From the NCBI RefSeq assembly GCF_964204865.1, contig NC_135263.1:7068001-7132000 (forward strand): a DNA stretch of 64,000 nucleotides, in the 5' to 3' direction. Under the pieces are notes generated by a model, which worked only from the letters and a program-made list of their open reading frames with translations, did no database searches and had not been told where the DNA came from. Both the position numbers and the translations under genes were made by a program. Positions within the stretch are counted from its first letter, which is position 1, and the number at the start of each line of letters is the position of its first letter. Shown in pieces: positions 38,836 through 52,100 of the stretch. This stretch comes from Styela clava. Lineage: Eukaryota.

Positions 38836-39031
38836 TAAGTTTATTTCGACTCCACAATCAGCATAATAGACGATAAAATAATTGATAAAAACAAAATAAA
38901 TAAAACTGATTATACAATCGGGAGAGAAAACAAAACCCCAAGTAAGGTTTAAATCCTACAGATTTTAGATGAAAAGGTATTGTTGAAAGAAGTAGTACCT
39001 GTTCGCTCACTTAAAAGTATTAAAACTAAAT
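38836..39031 (-). mobile_element. 5'-truncated copy 3 of the same retroelement tail, inverted and tail-to-tail with copy 2
   Basis: TAAGTTTATTTCGACTCC...AAAACTGATTATA...GTTCGCTCAC is the reverse complement of about 38607-38782. Confidence 0.75.
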
Positions 39032-39221
39032 GATATACGCACGGACACAGGATAAGATCAGGAGAAAAAAAGGAAAAAATAAGGTTGCCACTAATATGAA
39101 GGTAATTAATTTTGTTCGCCTACTTTACATCAAGTTCTGTGAAGGGACTGAAGCCAATGCGCATGGGGTATATCCACTTGGCTAACACAGACAGTTCCCG
39201 ACTCGTAATGGACCTTTACCC

Positions 39222-39614
39222 GAGCATCGACTTCCTTGTTTACTCCGTGACATTGGCCAATCAGCAAGATGCAAAATGTGACGTAACAATGCTCCCTTTT
39301 TGCATCCGCTCAGACACTTTTCTCACTCAGACAGATTTTTAAGCGTGGTCGTAAACATTACCTCGTTTTCGCGTTTTTGAACTCTATTCGTTAGTTTTCA
39401 GTTGTGTTTCGGAAACTTAAATATAAATCAGATAATTCAATGATCACTCTGTCTTCCTAGGAGTTTTAATTCAACTACAGTAATAAAAAATTAGTGTAGA
39501 AATAGCTGTGATAGACTAGGCTAAAATTCTTTACCTGTACTTTTAAAAAACAGATTGTTGTATGCGATTAATCCTAATGATGATTTGAAACATATACGCC
39601 ATTTTACAGGCGCC
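39222..39614 (+). repeat. About 390-bp interspersed repeat; left arm of an inverted pair with 42548-42940
   Basis: Closely similar reverse-complement match read across the full length (e.g. GTGACATTGGCCAATCAGCAAGATGCAAAA...CAGACACTTTTCTCACTCAGACAGATTTT...CCATTTTACAGGCGCC). Confidence 0.9.
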
Positions 39615-39712
39615 AACTCGCATAAGCTCTCTTAAAATAGTCCCGAAAATTTTGCAATGGTAAAGTATAGAAAGAATTTTTCGGGGGTCAAAGGTCCATA
39701 GAACTAAATAAG

Positions 39713-40400
39713 CAGTGGTTCTTAACCTTTCTACCCTGGCGGACCGGTAAAATTAAATTAAATGTACTCGCGGACCGGCAAAAAAATGAAATGACCGGAA
39801 CAGTAAAGAATAACATATATTTGAGTAATTTAATGCAATGTCGGACACTCAAAATGCTTCTATACCAAAATGAACACTTAAAAACATTTCACACAAAGAT
39901 AAACTATCAAATAATGTGCAGGCCAAAAATTGAAATGGGTGAAACATAAAAAATACCATATATTTGCGTAATGAAATGCAGTGTTGAGCACCCATTATGC
40001 GTGAGAAAGGCACACATAAAAAACATGCACTTGCCAAATCATGTACAAACACAATTAACTCTGATGAGAATTTTGCTGGTGTTTCGTTTCCAATATAGGA
40101 TTGCAAACGAGGTCTCAGAGAAGTTTCTGCAACACGTAGCTCTGCAGCGGCGTGCAGCCGATTTCTTTGCTTCGTTTTAATTAAAGCTAGTGATGAGGAT
40201 GTTTTTTCGCAGAACGCATAAGTAACTGGTTGAAGATACGGACAACAGTTTGATTGATAGGTTACTTAGCTATGGGTATTCGAGTAAAATTGCGACAGTG
40301 ATTCTTTTTTAAATCTGGACTGTGAAGTAGAATCACAATTTCAATCAAGCTTTTCTTTTTCATCGGGTTTATCATATTCATCCCTCTGCAGTTGATCGAC
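39713..40400 (-). mobile_element. 3' end of a decayed hAT (Buster/Charlie, ZBED5-like) transposon with transposase C-terminal remnant
   Basis: Terminus CAGTGGTTCTTAACC with GCGGACCGG subterminal repeats. The minus strand at about 40290-40070 reads EYP*LSNLSIKLLSVSSTSYLC / CEKTSSSLALIKTKQRNRLHAAAELRVAETSLRPRLQ, matching the hAT dimerisation motif (TYLCExxFSxLxxIKTKxRNRL), with a stop and a frameshift. Confidence 0.8.
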
Positions 40401-41035
40401 GCCTCAAACGAAATGAATTTACATTACAATAACACAGGCACCAGGCTCAAAATCCTACTGTGTCTGTGTCACGGATTTTATTATCCGTATGTTTTAGTTT
40501 AGTTTGTCTTCTTAGATTTGCCTATATGCTTTTCGAGGACCCTTAATTTGGATATACTTCATCCGGATCCGGTTACTGTAAGACTCCGATCACTCTCAGG
40601 TCGTAAGAAAATGGATCTTCGTCCTATTCTTCGCTCGGCTGGGTTGGATGCCGGACGTGTTTCCCTGTGTCCTCTGTTTTGACTGTGAAGCTGCCTCATA
40701 ATAAACGTAAATGTAAATTTACTGACGATATGAAGGCAAAACACCCGTGCTTCCGGAAAGGCAGGAAGGAATGGGGAGCAGAATGCTTAGTTTGCAAACC
40801 AGGAACATACATCTCGGTTTCGCGGACTCAAAATCACATATAAGTTCTGAAAGCAGTAAGGGAAGCTTCCCCATCTATTAAAGTGACAAATTATTTTGTC
40901 ACAACAGAATGTAAAATAGAAGAAAATATACCATATACACCATAATATAAGTCTTTTGGTTACAAAATTGGTTAAACTTGCTCATTAAAATTTTGACAGG
41001 GATTTTGTATTTTCAGATGTGGTAACGTCTATAGC

Positions 41036-41105
41036 TAGGGGTCGGCAACCTTTTGAACTCAGCGTGCCATTTTATGAATAATGAGCACCTTCGCGTGCCA
41101 AACCT
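41036..41105. mobile_element. Orphan hAT-like terminus (similar single ends at 36067 and 43385)
   Basis: TAGGGGTCGGCAACCTTTT followed by two GCGTGCCA subterminal motifs. The partner end was not found. Confidence 0.55.
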
Positions 41106-42547
41106 TTTTATGTTTTGGTTTGCATAGTCAACTGTCTGATTTGAATAGCAAACGTATGAAAAACAAATTTATTTTATAAGATAACGTGCATGGAAATTAG
41201 CTTACTACTATCTCTACCTTCGACCTGTCTTTGCACGACTTAGGACATAGGTATGAAGGTCAATCACGATTAGTTTTGTAGCCAGAAACAATGTGAACGC
41301 GACAATACTGAATAAGATAAAATTTATTCCATCATCTTGGTTAGGGCTACATGTAGCTCACGCTGAAATGATGAAAATTTTGACTTCCGTGAGGTACCCA
41401 GCCAGCCAAGCGCGCAGCCAGGATTTTCAAGGGAGGGGGGGGGGGGGGGGGTTCAAAATAGGAAATTTATATTTCATTCTGAAACAGACGCCGCGATTAC
41501 GCGCTCATGAAGCCGACTTTTCATGGTATACCATAAAATATTCAATTCATGACAGCTACGAGAATCTATAAAATTTTCTTCTATATTGATATAATTGTGT
41601 CCAACGTAACTCGCGGTTCCGTCTTCTTGTGTCAAAATATATATAAACATTACTTGTCTAAAATACCGCTCAATTCTGTTAGCGTATAAAAATATGAGAT
41701 AGACATGCGTGGTTGTATTTAGTGTGGATACTTTTTTGTGACCATATTCAAAATGACTTGCTTTATTATAATTTAATTGTCTTCAATTTCACCCGCGTTT
41801 GCGTCGACAATATGGATCCGTATTTTTGCCTTTTTGTTTTAGTACAATAAAAATTGATTGATTATACTAATTACTTATCTTAAATATCACCACGACTCGG
41901 GAAAAAGTCGCGTTTCTAACCTTATAATATGAATCGTATGATATTTACAAGAACATTTCCGACGGCAAGTAAAATAGAAAAATCCGCGCACAATTAACTG
42001 TGTTTCGATTCTAGTGGCGTTATGATTCTTAACGCCGCTTAAACTTACTGTATGTGTTCCATGACCCATAGGCATACGTGATTTTGTAATTTACATTTTT
42101 ACAATGCCTAAAGAAGCGTTTTTGAGCTGTCGCGGGCAAACTACAACAAATTGTTTACGATTTTATTTTTGATATTTTTAGTTGCCGCTCTTCGATGAAA
42201 AAATTTGCGTCGCCGTTTCACTCCTTTGTTTGACTTAAGCAACTCGCCGCCGATTATTGTATAATAGCTCTCAACAAATTCCCAATTCTGGGCGAGTAGA
42301 AAAAGAAAGTATCGTTGTCGTTAAATAATTTTTTTGAATCAGGGAGAATAAACAACAACTTAAAAGTGTTTACAGCCTAACACGCCACGCTGACAAAAAC
42401 AATCGCGATTTGAGCAAAAAGCTGTACGAAAAGTTGACCAAAAGTATGATTTGATAAAATAATATTCAATATTTCACGATTTTTGAAGGGCAAAAAGTAA
42501 CCCAACAGTAGTGGGAAAAGTAGTACAACGACAAGTCTCCTGTACAA

Positions 42548-42940
42548 GGCGCCTGTAAAATGGGGTATGTGTTTCAAACCATCATTATGATTCATCGCAC
42601 ACAACAATATGTTTTTTAAAAGTACTGGTATAGAATTTTAGCCTAGTCTATCACAGCTATTTCTACACTAATGTTTTATTACTGCAATTAAATTGAAACT
42701 TCTAGGAAGACAGAGTAATCATTGAACTATCTGATTTATATTTAAGTTTCCGAAACACAACAGAAAACTAACGAATAGAGTTCAGAAAAGCGAAAACGAG
42801 GTAATGTTTACGACCACGCTTGAAAATCTGTCTGAGTGAGAAAAGTGTCTGAGCGGATGCAAAAAGGGAGCATTGTTACGTCACTTTTTGCATCTTGCTG
42901 ATTGGCCAATGTCACGAAATGAACAAGGAAGTCGATGCTC
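42548..42940 (-). repeat. Right arm of the 390-bp inverted repeat pair (partner 39222-39614)
   Basis: Reverse complement of 39222-39614. The ORF track shows the same pseudo-peptide (VTLANQQDAKxDVTMLPFCIRSDTFLTQTDF) on opposite strands. Confidence 0.9.
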
Positions 42941-45900
42941 TGGGAAAGTTTCATAAAACAATGAACACACATATACACAAAAATAAATGATGAATTATCA
43001 TTGTTACCGACACAGTCAATATGAGAAATATGCAATAGTTGCGACTTGTACGATGTTTCCCACGTCATTATTACGTCACAGCCATCAAGATTTCTGATTT
43101 GTTCGCGATCATAGTATCCGAGTATGTCAAAGGAAGGCACCAGTCCGTAGTCTATATATACCGCTGCACAACACTTATTCAATGACAATGAAAAATTAAA
43201 ACTAAACAATGTACACTAATTGCGTTGCATTTGAAGTATAGAAATGGTATTGCAATTTCAATCGGTGTCATTATTATACTAGTCAGATGCACCAGGCTAG
43301 AAAACAGCGGGAAGTGGTGCGATTATCCGTCAGTTTATTTATTTTTTTCTTCACAAGCAATAAATGTGATAACATATGTTAGACCAGCGGTTCCCAAAGG
43401 GTGCGCCGCGGCGAGTTGATGTTTTTTTGTTTCCTATTTTAAATTATGTGTATATGAATAAATAAATTTATTTTCCTTTTCTATGTCGTTTACTTCCTGT
43501 TACGTAGTGTCTGCCTTTATTTGGTATATGACAATAGAGAGAAAAACTACATGGTGCAATTTCGCGAACTGCAGTTCAAATATCTACTGAACCGAGTTTA
43601 GCGAATATGGGTGATTTTTCCAGCATTTCGAAGGAAAATCGAGCAGAGATGAGGAAGAAGAGTTGATCTTTTGCTTTTATTCCGTATGCCTACGTGTTTA
43701 AAAACTTTATAATGCATAAAGTACACATTAGCGATAACAAAATTGAGTTTTATTCGAAAAGCTGCATATTTTCGTGTAAGTGTGTCGTGAGTTTTTTTCC
43801 GTGATAATTTGGTTCCGCATGAACAAAAAGTTTGGCAACCGATGTGTTGGACTATTAGGCAAAATGCCAACCGCGACGCTTGCGAAAAGCGGGAGAATTT
43901 AGCTTATAATACAAATCGAACTGGCGTTGCTATTCAGAAAGTCTTTACAAACAAGATGTTAAAAAATGTGGTGGAAAGATTTTTAATCATGTGAGCCACT
44001 ACCAAACCATTTACTGTATACCACAAACAGCGTCAACAAACAGCGATAACATTACTGAATTTAAATAATTGATTAAAGTAGTTATTGGGTCTGGAATCGT
44101 GGTATGCCGTACAACATTTCTGGACGAAGAAATGTTTTTCCCCTGCCCACGCTTCTTGACTCGAAAATCACCTTCATTACATTTAGTGATTAGAATAACG
44201 TTAATTTCTTTACTATTGATGGAAAGTGCGTGCGTAAAGACGTAATTCGCTTTCACGGCCATATTGGACAATCTTTTCGTGATTATGAAATTGTTTCGCA
44301 ACTTCGTATTTAGCGATAGATTATCTTCTCATTTATGTAAATGGAAGACAATTCAAATCAATGAATTTGTCCCTTGCGACCTAACTAACGTTCCGCTGTA
44401 ATTTACAAATTCATGAATGAATGGTTTTCATACTTCAAAAAATTCTCGCAAATTCTACTATGATTTACCATCAACTTTTATTATTCATTGAAATGATTTT
44501 GCTGAGTATTGTATTTAGTCAGGCATTGACCGCAAATAATTAGAGTTGAATCTTACTTGTCAATGTAGAAGTTATCAGCTATTACATCACCCATTCCAAT
44601 ACCATAAAATCATACTTAAACTTACCACTTATTAATAATGTGTGTTAGAAAAAATAATTTCCAAGCAATTACGTAAAAGGAAATCGATTCAACTCGTTTA
44701 TAAATATTTCTAAACATCGAGAGTACTAATCATAAAATGGATGTGCAATGCATTGGATTGAATATCGATGTAGTTTATAAAGCTAAGCATGGAATCTATA
44801 ACCAGAAACTGTGTGATTATCAAACTTTAGTTACAGCACTGTTCATTATCAAGGTATATTTTCACATTTCGATCTCTTTCTCAACTGTAAATATCCATTG
44901 GTGAGCATGTATTTCATATGTGATATCAGGAAAATGTAAATACATTTCTATGAAGATAATCAGAGTGTGTTTATATATGCGAGTGAGGCTCACAGGCGAT
45001 AGCCAGGCCAACCGATAGGTGAGTCAGAATAGATAACGTATAGTTGCTTAAAAAAATGGTATAATTATTGGCCTCTCTTTGATTTGATGGAATATTTCCA
45101 TCAGTAAACTTTTTCTTATAAAATACATTCAATTTTCAAATTAAGGTTTTGAATTTTAAGATTTTAATTTCGCTTCATTGTAGAATTTGTTTGAACTTAT
45201 TCAATTTTCCTCTTTATGCTGATGCATATGAGAATGTTTTTTTATATTAGATATTGAAATTGCGCTGGAAAATGTTTTCGTATGCTAATCTGGGCGCGCA
45301 GGCACGCAAAACAAGGCAAATACCGGATTCGAGTTCAGTTTTTGACTGAGAAAGTCCTGTTGTAGCGACCCGTGTACCTTGTGGCGAGACAAGTTTAACG
45401 AAAAGTTTACGGTCGCATATGTTCACTAAAACATAGGGCGACCTCGTCAACACTCTATTTACGCGATGATTCTGTATGAATAATTTATTGTAGAGTCTTT
45501 TAGTTGTGCTGCCCTCGCTTAAAAGAAACTTGCTCTCATCTGATAGAAAATTGATTGATTTTACCATGCGTGGTACATGTCTGAAGTCGCTTTGGAGATA
45601 TTCCACATGTACTGATCATGCTTCGTCGGTATTTAGTAGGAATTTAAATTTTGAATATATCTGAATTCCATCTGGCCCTGACCGGAATAATAGCAATAAA
45701 TTTCATTTCCCTCTTTCGTGGAATTCTTCCAGCAGCTAAAAGGGGCTCTCTCGTGCGACATTCTCCAGTTTATGCGTCGCGATCGTAGATGGCGGTCAAA
45801 TATAGGATGAAATCTGCAACTATAGCCAAGAAAATTTATTGTAAATATTCTGAATATGTCTATTTGAGGAAAAGAAAAATTTAATAATCATTTGTGTTGA

Positions 45901-46142
45901 AACTTAGTCAGTTGGAATGGTTGTAAGTTCTTAGTAGCTTGACTGCTTTAACTCAGATAAACCTGACCTGGATTGGTACGCGTAGTAAAGCCTCTCACAG
46001 CCTTTCCTCTATCTGTGGTAAAATGAACAATAATAAATCATACGTTCATCACGCTAAAACTAACTATTAAAAAAATTCATTTCATATATATGTTGTTAGT
46101 TGTTTTCTTTCTGCCAGCAATTTATTCACAAATATACTAATA

Positions 46143-49100
46143 ATGTCACCGGACGGAAAATATCGTCGGTTTTCAGTTGATGACAACAACGAAATAAAAG
46201 AATGGAATCCTTACAATATGAGGCCAAGTAACTCGTCAAATTTTAATGAAAGCAGGAAATCAGGATTCATTTATGAAGTCCAGCGACTTATAAGAAAAAT
46301 TTATGCATTACAGTAAGAGTATATTTCAATTAAGTAATAAAATATAACACTAGAACTTTATTTTGACTTTATTTTGTGTCAATTATGCGGCAAAGATAAA
46401 TACAATAAATTGAAAATTCAATCAAGTGTAAAATAAGAGCAAATCAAATTATGTAAACTAGTTTCCTTTATGACGCAAGAATGCATAATTGAAAAATATT
46501 CAATGACGAATTGACTTACTTTATTCTTTGAGAAAAATCTTCAATTCAAAATTTTTCTGTCAAAAACCAAATTAAATTACGTTACCCTGTTCACAAGGTT
46601 TAGTTTGTCTGAATTGTCTTCTGCCATTTGGTTGAATTTCTACTGCAACTGCGTGTCTTTGATGACACTATCGGAAAAATTGTGGAAATTGCAACATCTA
46701 TATATATCTTTACAAATGTAACAAAATTGCTTCTAATTTCAGCGTTTCCATGCTTCAGTATGTATCGTGTTGTCCATGGTTCCCAAAGCGATATTTTCTT
46801 GCTTTCCTGAGTGGAATAGGATTCTGCATAACATTTGGAATGCGATGCAATCTTGGTGTGGCGATGGTTAGGATGTCCAATAACTATACAAAATATAGCG
46901 AAAACGGGACTAAAGTTATAATGGTACGTGTAAAATATTTTACTTCTGGTGCGGTGTATTTGTGAAACTTAAATTCAAGACGCCATTGACTAATATTTAA
47001 AATGAAAACCGCGTGTTTCGGCTATTTGGAAAAGTCCTCGTTTGCAAACTCAAAGACCACATCGCCTGCTCCGAATGGTAGCTTTGGTTCCTATTTCACC
47101 GATGCATCTTGCTTCTTCAGTTATAAACTTCAGTTTGGGTTACGAAAACGACTATTATGGTAAATTTGGGGCAGTTTTCATAAAATTGGCATTAAATATG
47201 ACTATAAGATAAGTTATATAAGACTATAAGTCATTTAAATTTGTTAATTCATAATATGATTGATTAACAAACGTGAACTTCTAGGGTCAAGTAAATGTTT
47301 TTATGACAGGATATTGCACAAATATTAATAGAAGCAAAATTGTATGTATCGATGTATTTTAGAAGTACCTATTTATTTAGTAGACTTGATCAAAAATTCT
47401 TCCTCTAAAACCGTCTCTATTCATTTTTCAATTGTCAATTATTTATAAGGTGATCAATCATACGTTTATCTCTCAGTTTTTCAACTGCAAAATTCGAGTA
47501 ATTTAAATTATTATTAGTCTTGTAAGAATAACTCGAAACACGTCTTGCAAAGTGTGCTTCAAAGATGTTATAGCAATAAAACGGGAAATCATTATCAACA
47601 TCCTGCTATAGTGATTCTTTGTAGTGGGATAACTAAGGTCGAATTACTTTAAAATTACATTTGAATTTCGATCATTCATTCAATCACAATGTAGAAATTC
47701 TACAAAGAGAATTTTCGAATAAAAAGTATGAATGAGGATATAAAGCACTTCCTACGTGTGATGTAATGTGACCTCCTGTATCATATTCCATTTTAAATTT
47801 ATGAATTCGTCTATGCTTTCTTCCCTTCCTTAGAATTTCTAACAAATTCTCACCGATTAATTTGACCTAGGAATCCAGAATAACTTTAAGCTAAATAATG
47901 AACGATGAGGCAACATAAGGAAGAAATTATAAATCATGAATGAATTTAAAACACAGAAGTTAGATTTTATTTCATTTTTCGAACTGTTTAAAAGCAACGT
48001 AATAACTTACCATAGACATACAATTGGTGACACAATTTGTAATCTTGTAGAAAATTATACCCAAAATGGGATTCTGTCAGCTATAAATAAAACTGATACT
48101 TAAACTCCACACCCACCAAAGAATTTCTTTATTCTTATTTCTGGTTCATATTTGCGTAAACGTCGTTTGCGACATAAATTTTTAATTCGTAAATATTTAT
48201 GATTTCGGTAGTTTGATGCACTATTTTAGGAATCTATTAAGACCAATTTAATTAATATTTGGAATGTTTATTAGACGACGTTCATTCACGTTTTTCTGCC
48301 CTCTTATTATGGAAGAAGAAAATTCCCATCAGCATAATTTTTGTTTCCACGAAATTATCATTCGGAATACACAAAAAAATATTGTTTTTAACATCTGATT
48401 TGGCTAATGCAATATCGATGAAAAAAATTGACCAAAAAAAAGAATAATACTTGTTTGAGAAGATGTGGTAACATCATGAAAAAGTACGATGTTATAAAAC
48501 AAAGTTGAAATTTGTAATCACACAAAAAAGTAGTTGTAATTGTGTCCCGAAGGACATGTTCTGATTATATCCTCTAAAATGGAATGGCATTTTCGAAAAT
48601 GAGGTAATCTGGATCGCCAGCTGTGAAAAAAATTCAAATATTACGCAATACCACCCTATAGATAAAATATTAGAGGTTTGAAATCTGTAAATTAATATCG
48701 ATTAATAAAATATAAATGTTATTGTAGCTTCCAGAATTAAATTGGAGTCCTGCAACTCAAGGAGTGGTACATGGTGCATTTTTCTGGGGATACATTGTTA
48801 CTCAGATACCTGCCGGATATCTCGCATCTAGGCTTTCTCCTACCAGGTAAATGTTTATATAAACAGTATATTCACTATCTTGGGAGGCGAGCTGCGCTTT
48901 GAATGAGATGTTGCAATAGTTTTACTATCGAAGCTTTAACATTTCAAATTTCTCTTGTTTTTTTTTTGGTAAACATATATTAAGCAAACTTTGTGTGTAA
49001 AATATTCGGTTAAAATTCCATGCTCATATATGTCAAAAACGAAAATGGAAATAACATGGCGAACAAATTTATACAAACCAATCTACGTATTTCATGTTGG

Positions 49101-52100
49101 GTTTGGGAATATAAATCTATGCCGGAGGCATGAGATTACTTTAAGTCTACAAGCTTCTAGAACACGTCAGATTGGGATCAATGGTGTCTACCATTAACGC
49201 CAAGAGGTCAATTATTGTGAAATCTGGAAAGCTGTACACCTATTTTAAACCATTTTGTCGTCGAAAGAAAAATAAACTAAAATTATAATGTTCTATTCAG
49301 AATGTTCGGGTGTGCAATATTTTCAACATGTGTTCTCAACTTCCTACTTCCAATCGCAGCAAGAACTCATTGGTCATTATTTATATTCATCCGGATAATG
49401 CAAGGATTAGCTGAGGTAATGGATACTGAAGGAAAATACCCTATTTTCATGTAATCTTACGGTCATTAGTCTGCACCAACACGCCAGCTGGCCATGCGAC
49501 ATTGGACGATAAACTTAAAAACTAAAACTTGTACTATACATATTCTGTTTTCGAAGTATATTTAGAAATACTTGTTTTAAACTTGAACTTCCAGTATTTT
49601 TTTTGCGATCAAAGTAACAGTTGGTTCAAAGGTACTAGACTTAACCGTGTATAAAAATTGTTACCACAGCTAAAGTAATGAAGATTTCCATTGTGCAAAA
49701 TTATAAATCATCAATTTTAGAATTCTCACTGTGTATCACTGTGTATATTCGAGATTAAAAAATATAATCATACAGTTTTACTGGGGAAGGGAAACCACGG
49801 GGAACCAATGCTTGTTATCGAGCAGCGACACCCAAGATGATAGAAAACTAATTTTTCATTGTTCATTCCTTATTCATTCTTTTATATTCCTTAATTTTGC
49901 AGTTGAGTGTGACCGAGACGACATGCATGCATTGTATTGATGCTATCGTTAAGTTTTTGCATCTTTCTCTCAAGATTGACTATGTGTATTATTCCGCTAA
50001 AATATTCAGTTTGTGGTTTTACTTTAACATTTACGTCCTTCTTAATAATTGATAATATACTGAAATATTTGATCTTTTGGGAAATGGCCCCGCGGACCTC
50101 TAGAATTTTAAAGCATGCGAGGGGCATTTTACTATTCACTTTTTCCAGAATTAAGGGTTTATTTTTTACAGGGCGTTCTATATCCCTCGTGTCACGGAAT
50201 ATGGAGCAAATGGGCGCCACCTTTGGAAAGATCTAGGCTTGCAACAATATCCTTCTCTGGTAGGCAATTTTATGTTTAAGTATTTTATAGTTCGGTACAT
50301 TTCGTATATAAATTTGAACTAACCAGTATTTAAAAAAATAAGTTAGATGTGAACTTATTGTATATCCAATCATACATCACATGTGATACCCCCTAAACGG
50401 TTTCATCCACAAACGGTCAGTACTGAACTAATACTTTCCTATAGGTGAACATTACATATAATGATCCTGAATTTGATAACCGGTACAGCACATCTGTTAC
50501 GTAAAGTTACGAAAAAAGATGTAAATATATTTTGGTGCAATCAAATTATATTGCCTTATTATTATTATTATCGTCGGATATTAAAAGTCATACTGTCCAT
50601 TAAAATAATTCATGCCAGATGTCTTTTTTTGAAGTACATGCCTTAGGAGACAGATGCGTAGGCGTTACGGTTGTAAAACATATTTGTTACACAACACAAC
50701 AAACCACAAAATGCATGAAATAAATGCAGAAAAAAGCGGGTTTTCAGCAGTGACGTGTCTGACATTTCGTAGAATGTCTTGTCGATGAGACACGATGCGT
50801 CATAGCGGCGTTTTATCAAAGGCGACCCCATCAATCAGCTATTATGCAAACGACCTTCCCAGTGTGAAATTGATTTTACGATTTTGGAGCCATAATTGAA
50901 TAAATTTAATGAACCATTTTTCAATTACTGATTCAATGATTTTTGAGAGAGTTCTACGGATATTTACATTTTTTTTCATAGTTGAATCACTTTAGAAAAT
51001 TTTCTATTAATATCAAAACATATGCCTTTCTTTCCCTCTGAGTATAAACTTTTTAAAGCAACTGGTAAAAGGATGATGCGAATCTCAATTAGCCCCAATG
51101 GGCGATAAGCGATTCGCTACTACCAAGCGACAGAAAGCTGCGGGGAATTATATTCTGCCTGATAGAAAAAGCTGGACTTAATCCGAATAATAACTTTCTC
51201 TAGTTCGTGTCAGTCTCCGGCTTGTTAATAAGTCATTCATTTTGCGGGCACATCCGCATGTTGTAGATATTAGTATACTGGTTTTTTACGAGCGCTACAA
51301 TGAATAATTTAGTTTTGTCGTCGCCAGACTCAGTTTTTGTCAGTTTCGAAACATTCACATAAATTTTTAATAAACTTCTTTTTTTATCTACTTTTGTTCT
51401 TGATAAAGTGGGTTGGAATACAAATCGCACGTAATCGCCCAAGCAAGTATGTCACAGTCATAATCAGTGGTTTCCCGAGTGAAATTTCATTGCCTATTTC
51501 ATTCATATAACGATAAAGAAAATATTATGTCCATTTTTGCTCAATCCTTATTAATACTATTTCGCTATTGCAATGTTGATTTCTTACTTGCCGTCTGTAG
51601 ATATAAATAAAAGCACCAATTCAAGCATATGAAATAAGCGGCTGAAATTACCTAATCTAGTCCTAAGAAATGTTTATCGAAGTGGACAAAACGATTTATA
51701 TATATATACAGGTAGCTATGCTGGCGCAGTTGTGGGAATGCCTATCGGTGGATTACTTGTCGATTATGCGGATTGGCCTTCTGTTTTCTACGTATTCGGT
51801 AAGATTACGTAGGTGGAGATTATTTTTAACAAAATGGTGCTAAGAGTGTGACCGTCATGGCACACTCCTTTAGATGAACCTGTTGATTATCGAACCCGGT
51901 CAAAATTTGTTAAAATGAAGTCTTTTTGTAACTATTTCCAACAAGAATACATATTTTCATACTTGAAATTCATTCAAAACGAGAAACCATTGATGGATCT
52001 AGTGTTATTGATGCACCAAATGTTAACGTGGTTTGGATTTAATTCATTTAACGCTTCGATCAATACAATATCATGTGTTTGCATACAGATGGTGGAAGTT

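Noticed and set aside
39112-43209. Two ORFs sharing the peptide VTLANQQDAKxDVTMLPFCIRSDTFLTQTDF, suggesting a small gene family
   Set aside because: The shared peptide is just the translation of the 390-bp inverted repeat. Both ORFs use TTG starts and diverge outside the repeat.
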